Part shown: positions 27,777-32,000 of the stretch, in pieces
How the letters are laid out: each line of letters begins with the position of its first letter
Position numbering within the stretch: position 1 is the stretch's first letter
From: Candidatus Saccharimonadota bacterium
GTDB lineage: Bacteria > Patescibacteriota > Microgenomatia > UBA1406 > GWC2-37-13
Direction: 5' to 3'
Length of the DNA stretch: 32,000 nt
Assembly: GCA_001790095.1 (NCBI GenBank)
Contig: MGBH01000001.1
Span: forward strand, 420,001-452,000
Notes under the pieces: generated by a model
Seen by the model: only the letters and a program-made list of their open reading frames with translations
Told to the model about the DNA's origin: nothing
Databases searched by the model: none
Made by a program: the position numbers and the translations under genes

Positions 27777-28664
27777 ATGAATAAACTAAAAATCTTTGGA
27801 AAAACACTAATAAAAAGTTTGACGGAGCCAAAATATTATACTGACGTGTTGAAAGCACCATTTTCTTTTTCTTTTAAATATCTTCTTACCTTATTCTTTT
27901 TTATTCTCTTTATCCAAGGACTTATTTTTTCATTATCCATCATTCCACTGATACCAAAAATCCCGCATTATGTCAGCGAAGGAAAAAAAATAGTGAAATC
28001 TTTTTATCCTCCTGAACTTACGGTAACCGTAAAAGACGGAAACGTCAGAACAAACGTAGATGAACCATATGCAATACCATTTCCCCCACAGTTCAAAGAA
28101 AATAATATGAACTTTGCGGTGATCGATACAAAGGCTTCTGTTGAAGATGCAAAAAAATATAATACCTTGCTTTTTATTACAAAGAATGCAGTTGTTTATC
28201 CCGACACCAGTTCAAAAGGTGGATATAAAGTAAACTTTCTTTCAGATTTTAAAGGGTATCTTATATTGAATAACGAAGTATATAACAGGCTTGTAGATAA
28301 AATCCTGCCCTACTTTGATTACCTACCAATTTTTATATATGTAATGTTTGTTTTTGCTTTATTATTTATGCCATTTTTTGGCTCCTTTTTTTATCTATCC
28401 GGAGTACTTTTTTACCTGCTTTTCCTTTCGATCCTTCTCTTTATTGTCACAAAGATTATGAAAAAAGGACTTAGCTATGTGCAGGTATTTCATCTGGGGA
28501 TGCATGGAATTACATTCTCATTAGTGTTCTCAACGCTAAAAACTATATTTAATGTCCAAATCCCATATACTTATACGCTTCCCTTTATCTTGTGGATGTT
28601 GCTTGTTTTTAATTCGCTAAAACAAACCCATGAAACAGTTGTTTCACATCCCCAGACCACTTGA
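27777..28664 (+). CDS. hypothetical polytopic membrane protein
   Basis: 295 aa. There is one TM helix near the N-terminus, a ~120 aa loop, and then 3-4 C-terminal TM helices. I recognise no motif. Confidence 0.6.
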   Translation: MNKLKIFGKTLIKSLTEPKYYTDVLKAPFSFSFKYLLTLFFFILFIQGLIFSLSIIPLIPKIPHYVSEGKKIVKSFYPPELTVTVKDGNVRTNVDEPYAIPFPPQFKENNMNFAVIDTKASVEDAKKYNTLLFITKNAVVYPDTSSKGGYKVNFLSDFKGYLILNNEVYNRLVDKILPYFDYLPIFIYVMFVFALLFMPFFGSFFYLSGVLFYLLFLSILLFIVTKIMKKGLSYVQVFHLGMHGITFSLVFSTLKTIFNVQIPYTYTLPFILWMLLVFNSLKQTHETVVSHPQTT

Positions 28665-29934
28665 GAAACAATCGTACGTGAAGCTTCCCTCTACCCATGG
28701 AGTGTATATTTTTAAACAAGATAATACTTATCTTTATATTGGTAAATCAGTAAATATTAAAGCTCGTGTCTTATCACATGTTGAAAACTCTTTATTGAAT
28801 AAAAAAGAACAAGCCATAGTATCACAGACCAACACCGTTGAAACAATATCCACTGATTCTGAATTTAAGGCACTGCTTCTTGAATCGCAACTTATTCAAA
28901 AACACTATCCAAAATATAACGTAATCTGGAGAGATGGAAAAAGTCATTTATATATCAAGATTACCCATGAAGTTTATCCAAAAATTACTGCTGTTCGAAA
29001 AGAAAATGATGGAAAATCATTGTATTTTGGGCCATTTTCTTCATCCATTGATGTAATGAGCCTTCTTCGATTTATCAGAAGATTGTTTCCATACTGTGCA
29101 CAAAAAAAAATTACAAGTAAACCATGCTTTTATAGTAAGATTCATCTTTGTGATCCCTGCCCAAACAACGTTGAAACGCTACACAGTAGAGAGAAGTTGC
29201 TTTTTAAAAGAAAATATAAAGCAAATATACGAAAAATTATTTCTTTACTGAAAGGAAATACCAAGCAAGTTGAAAAAGCTCTTAATCAAGACCTGAAGCA
29301 AACAATAGCAAATCAAGACTATGAAAAAGGAATTAAGATTAGAAATCAAATACAGACCCTCTATTATCTTCTCTATAATCTTTCCTTTAAAACATATACT
29401 GAACGTGATTTTGATACTACTGGTAAAAGTCTTCACGAGCTTAAACAGCTACTTTTACCATATTTTCCGTCACTCAGTGACTTATCGAGAATAGAATGCT
29501 TTGATGTAAGCAATCTAAACGGCAAGCAGGCAACAGCTTCAATGGTAGTAATGACTAAGGGTCATATTGATAAGGGTGAATACCGAAAGTTTAAAATAAA
29601 AAATCTGTCGATTCGTTCTGATTTTGAGATGCTTTCAGAAGCATTAGTGCGCAGATTTAGCAATTCATGGATAAGCCCAAACTTGCTAGTCATGGATGGT
29701 GGCAAGCCTCAGGTGAAGACAGCGCTTCAGATAATAAAAAAACTGCATATAAATATACCGCTTATTGGCATAGCGAAGCGGCCGGATCGAATAGTTATTG
29801 GAATTGAAAAATATCCAACTATAAGACCGTCAATAAACAATCTTGGATATAGATTGATCCAAGCGATTAGAGATGAATCGCATAGGTTTGCTCGAAAATA
29901 TCACCTACTACTTCGAAATCACGACATGATATAA
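28630..29934 (+). CDS. uvrC: excinuclease ABC subunit C, short form lacking the C-terminal (HhH)2 domain
   Basis: GIY-YIG domain (GVYIFK...YLYIGKS.N...R), UVR domain (DYEKGIKIRNQIQTL), and the RNase H-like endonuclease region (IECFDVSN..G..ATASMVV...G....EYRKFKI ... IRDESHRFA). The protein ends 13 aa after the RDESHRFA motif at 434 aa. It overlaps the upstream gene by 35 nt. Confidence 0.88.
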   Translation: MKQLFHIPRPLEKQSYVKLPSTHGVYIFKQDNTYLYIGKSVNIKARVLSHVENSLLNKKEQAIVSQTNTVETISTDSEFKALLLESQLIQKHYPKYNVIWRDGKSHLYIKITHEVYPKITAVRKENDGKSLYFGPFSSSIDVMSLLRFIRRLFPYCAQKKITSKPCFYSKIHLCDPCPNNVETLHSREKLLFKRKYKANIRKIISLLKGNTKQVEKALNQDLKQTIANQDYEKGIKIRNQIQTLYYLLYNLSFKTYTERDFDTTGKSLHELKQLLLPYFPSLSDLSRIECFDVSNLNGKQATASMVVMTKGHIDKGEYRKFKIKNLSIRSDFEMLSEALVRRFSNSWISPNLLVMDGGKPQVKTALQIIKKLHINIPLIGIAKRPDRIVIGIEKYPTIRPSINNLGYRLIQAIRDESHRFARKYHLLLRNHDMI

Positions 29935-29935
29935 T
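29927..29935 (+). promoter_or_regulatory. extended -10 (TGATATAAT) 6 nt upstream of ATG 29942, overlapping the uvrC stop codon
   Basis: Perfect TGnTATAAT, then TTTCAT, then ATG. Confidence 0.5.
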
Positions 29936-29941
29936 TTTCAT

Positions 29942-30340
29942 ATGAAAAGGATATTTCGAATGATTATCTTTTCCTCATTTGCCCTTATACTCACATCTCT
30001 TTGGAACAAGGGTTTTATTCTTCCTTCTGATCTTATTACTTTTTTTGTTGCATCATTAACTCTAGCTTTAGTTTTTTATATAATCCTACCCTTATCCAAA
30101 ATTATTTTGCTTCCCCTTAACATTATCACCCTTGGACTCGTTACATTTGTGGTTTACTTAGTTATTCTTCACTTTAGTGGAGCAAGTCTTCACTTATTTG
30201 AAATAACAGAATGGAACTTTCAAGGCTTAAATATTGCTTTTATTTCCATTCCAAAGATGCATATTTCTTATTTAGGAAATTTGGTTTTGTCTTCTGTATC
30301 AATATCAAGTATAATAAATGTATTTGAGCAATTGCTTTAG
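29942..30340 (+). CDS. small 4-TM membrane protein (phage-holin-4/DUF360-like)
   Basis: 132 aa with four hydrophobic helices. The resemblance to the YvlD/DUF360 family is from memory only. Confidence 0.55.
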   Translation: MKRIFRMIIFSSFALILTSLWNKGFILPSDLITFFVASLTLALVFYIILPLSKIILLPLNIITLGLVTFVVYLVILHFSGASLHLFEITEWNFQGLNIAFISIPKMHISYLGNLVLSSVSISSIINVFEQLL

Positions 30341-30346
30341 GTCTTT

Positions 30347-30565
30347 ATGAAAAATGTATTAATTATTATCAACATCGTTGTTTCTATCGTCATTGTTGCG
30401 CTTATCTTGATGCAGGGAAGAGGTGCTGGCTTAGGAAGCGCATGGGGCGGAGGGGGAGAGATGTTTGCCACACGAAGAGGAATTGAAAAAGTAACTCTGC
30501 GTATAACAGTTCTTTGTATTATTTTGTTTTTCATCATATCTCTCATTAGTTTTTTTATAAAATAA
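30347..30565 (+). CDS. secG: preprotein translocase subunit SecG
   Basis: 72 aa with two TM helices flanking LMQGRGAGLGSAWGGGGEMFATRRG, the typical SecG Gly-rich loop. Confidence 0.85.
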   Translation: MKNVLIIINIVVSIVIVALILMQGRGAGLGSAWGGGGEMFATRRGIEKVTLRITVLCIILFFIISLISFFIK

Positions 30566-30571
30566 CCCGTC

Positions 30572-31936
30572 ATGACGAGAGGGAATATAAGCATCCGGTA
30601 CTATTACTGGCTTAGCATAGAATTTGTAAAGAAACACTCAAAACTCATTTTTTTAAGTGCGCTTATTTCTACGATTTTTATTGTAAGCTCTATCACTATT
30701 TCTCCCTACTTGATAACCTTACTATCACCTCAAAATACGGTCGTTGGTATGGTTGGTTCTTACACTATTGACACCTTGCCAGAGGAAGTTTTATCTAAAG
30801 TCTCAAATGGACTTGTCTATATTAATGAGAGTGGAAAGATCGTACCGATACTTGCCGAATCATGGGAATTGTTAAAAGGTGGAAATACGTATCGATTCCA
30901 TTTAAAAAAAAATGTCTTGCTTGACGATGGGTCGTTTTTTGTAGCAAAAGATATTAATTATTCGTTCAAAGACGTGGAAGTACAAGTAGTGGGTGATTAT
31001 GTGATTGAATTTACCTTAAAAAAACCTCTTGCCACTTTTCCCATTTATTTGACAAAACCTGTTATTAAATATCCATATATTGGAATAGGCGGGTTATACA
31101 AAGTCAATCGCATGAAGCAAAAATACGACAAAATATCAGAGATTAGTCTCACTCCAAACAAGAAGGATCTTCCTAGACTAACCTACAAATTTTTCGCTAA
31201 TGAGCTGGAGATGATAAGCGCTTATAAGCTTGGACAAATAAGTCAATTCACGATACAAAAAAAAAGCGTGGCAGATGTTTTTCTCTCGTGGAAAAATACA
31301 AAAGTGGAAAAAATAGTCGACTATTCGAATCTACTTACCCTTTTTTTTAACTTTAACAACCCATTTCTTAAAGAAAAAGAGGTTCGATCCGCCATTGAAT
31401 TAAGTATAGATCGAAGTAAATTTGCAGAGGTAGGAGTAATGGCTAAAAGTTCAATACCTCCCTCATCCTGGGCCTACAATAAAGATTTGAAAGATCAGGT
31501 GTTTGATAAAGAACTTGCGCAAAAGATAATACGAAAGTACAAAACCGGTACTGATTCGGCAAAACTTAATTTTAATACTTTCTACGACTATCTTGATATT
31601 GGGGGCGATATAAATAGCAGTCTCAATGATATAGGAATCTCAACCAACCTTAATGTCATTTCTTATTCTAATTCTAATGATTTTGACGTCATGCTTGCGT
31701 TTCTCAAAATTCCAACTGATCCGGACCAATACTATTACTGGCACTCAACTCAAAATTTATCAACTCTTACTGGGTATCGAAACCTTAAGGTAGATAAGCT
31801 GCTTGAAGAAGGAAGAGGAAGTTTTGATCAAGGCGATAGAATAAAATATTATATGGATCTGCAGAAAAACCTAGACGAAGATAATGCAGCAGTATTTTTA
31901 TACTTCCCCTACTCATATACTATAAAACGGAAGTAA
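30572..31936 (+). CDS. ABC-transporter family-5 (peptide/nickel type) solute-binding protein, membrane-anchored, with no transporter partner in the window
   Basis: LAESWELLKGGNTYRFHLKKNVLLDDGSFFVAKDINYSF matches the SBP_bac_5 N-terminal signature. An N-terminal TM helix is present. No permease or ATPase gene is adjacent. Confidence 0.75.
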   Translation: MTRGNISIRYYYWLSIEFVKKHSKLIFLSALISTIFIVSSITISPYLITLLSPQNTVVGMVGSYTIDTLPEEVLSKVSNGLVYINESGKIVPILAESWELLKGGNTYRFHLKKNVLLDDGSFFVAKDINYSFKDVEVQVVGDYVIEFTLKKPLATFPIYLTKPVIKYPYIGIGGLYKVNRMKQKYDKISEISLTPNKKDLPRLTYKFFANELEMISAYKLGQISQFTIQKKSVADVFLSWKNTKVEKIVDYSNLLTLFFNFNNPFLKEKEVRSAIELSIDRSKFAEVGVMAKSSIPPSSWAYNKDLKDQVFDKELAQKIIRKYKTGTDSAKLNFNTFYDYLDIGGDINSSLNDIGISTNLNVISYSNSNDFDVMLAFLKIPTDPDQYYYWHSTQNLSTLTGYRNLKVDKLLEEGRGSFDQGDRIKYYMDLQKNLDEDNAAVFLYFPYSYTIKRK

Positions 31937-31940
31937 TTGT

Positions 31941-31946
31941 TATAAT
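31941..31946 (+). promoter_or_regulatory. -10 box (TATAAT) 9 nt upstream of tRNA-Leu
   Basis: TATAAT, then CGTATAAAT, then GCCCGGG. Confidence 0.4.
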
Positions 31947-31955
31947 CGTATAAAT

Positions 31956-32000
31956 GCCCGGGTGGTGAAATGGCATACACGCAGGACTTAAAATCCTGTG
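31956..32000 (+). tRNA. tRNA-Leu (anticodon UAA), 5' part only (cut by window end)
   Basis: GCCCGGGTGGTGAAATGGCATACACGCAGGACTTAAAATCCTGTG. It shows the acceptor 5' strand, a long class-II D-arm, the anticodon stem CAGGA/TCCTG and the loop CTTAAAA. Confidence 0.8.

Overview
The window is AT-rich, densely packed and mostly core genome. It reads like a small-genome bacterium of the Patescibacteria/CPR type; that placement is inferred from gene content and style, with no marker phylogeny behind it. The + strand carries a complete F1Fo ATP synthase operon (atpZ-like fragment, atpB-E-F-H-A-G-D-C), then topA, pyrG, rplS, yraN and a TM-helix-repeat membrane protein. Next come an L,D-transpeptidase pair on the - strand and two polytopic membrane proteins. 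An accessory-looking stretch of - strand genes at about 15.3-19.5 kb holds a nitroreductase, a YD-repeat miniprotein, a Cof-type HAD hydrolase, a small GIY-YIG protein, a SAM methyltransferase, tRNA-Glu and an Ig-like surface protein. After rsmI and dedA there is an unusual uvrB-uvrA-(transglutaminase-like)-(membrane)-uvrC cluster, then a holin-like membrane protein, secG, an orphan family-5 solute-binding protein and the 5' part of tRNA-Leu(UAA). TGA is used as a stop codon. I found no CRISPR array, transposase, integrase or rRNA. Five things deserve a second look. (1) An intergenic block at 15.88-16.10 kb carries RNase P RNA core motifs in the correct order with matching P1/P2/P4 pairings, but only about 215 nt of RNA. 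(2) A second structured-RNA candidate at 18.04-18.19 kb starts just downstream of a near-consensus promoter and contains mutually exclusive hairpins. (3) A -10 box sits 5-7 nt before the start codon at 14 gene starts, and only one strong Shine-Dalgarno is visible, which points to pervasive leaderless expression. (4) AtpH (delta) lacks its N-terminal domain and UvrC lacks its C-terminal (HhH)2 domain. (5) A membrane protein has a 7-TM internally duplicated PQ-loop/SWEET-like layout. Every family call rests on motifs I recognised by eye; no database search was possible.
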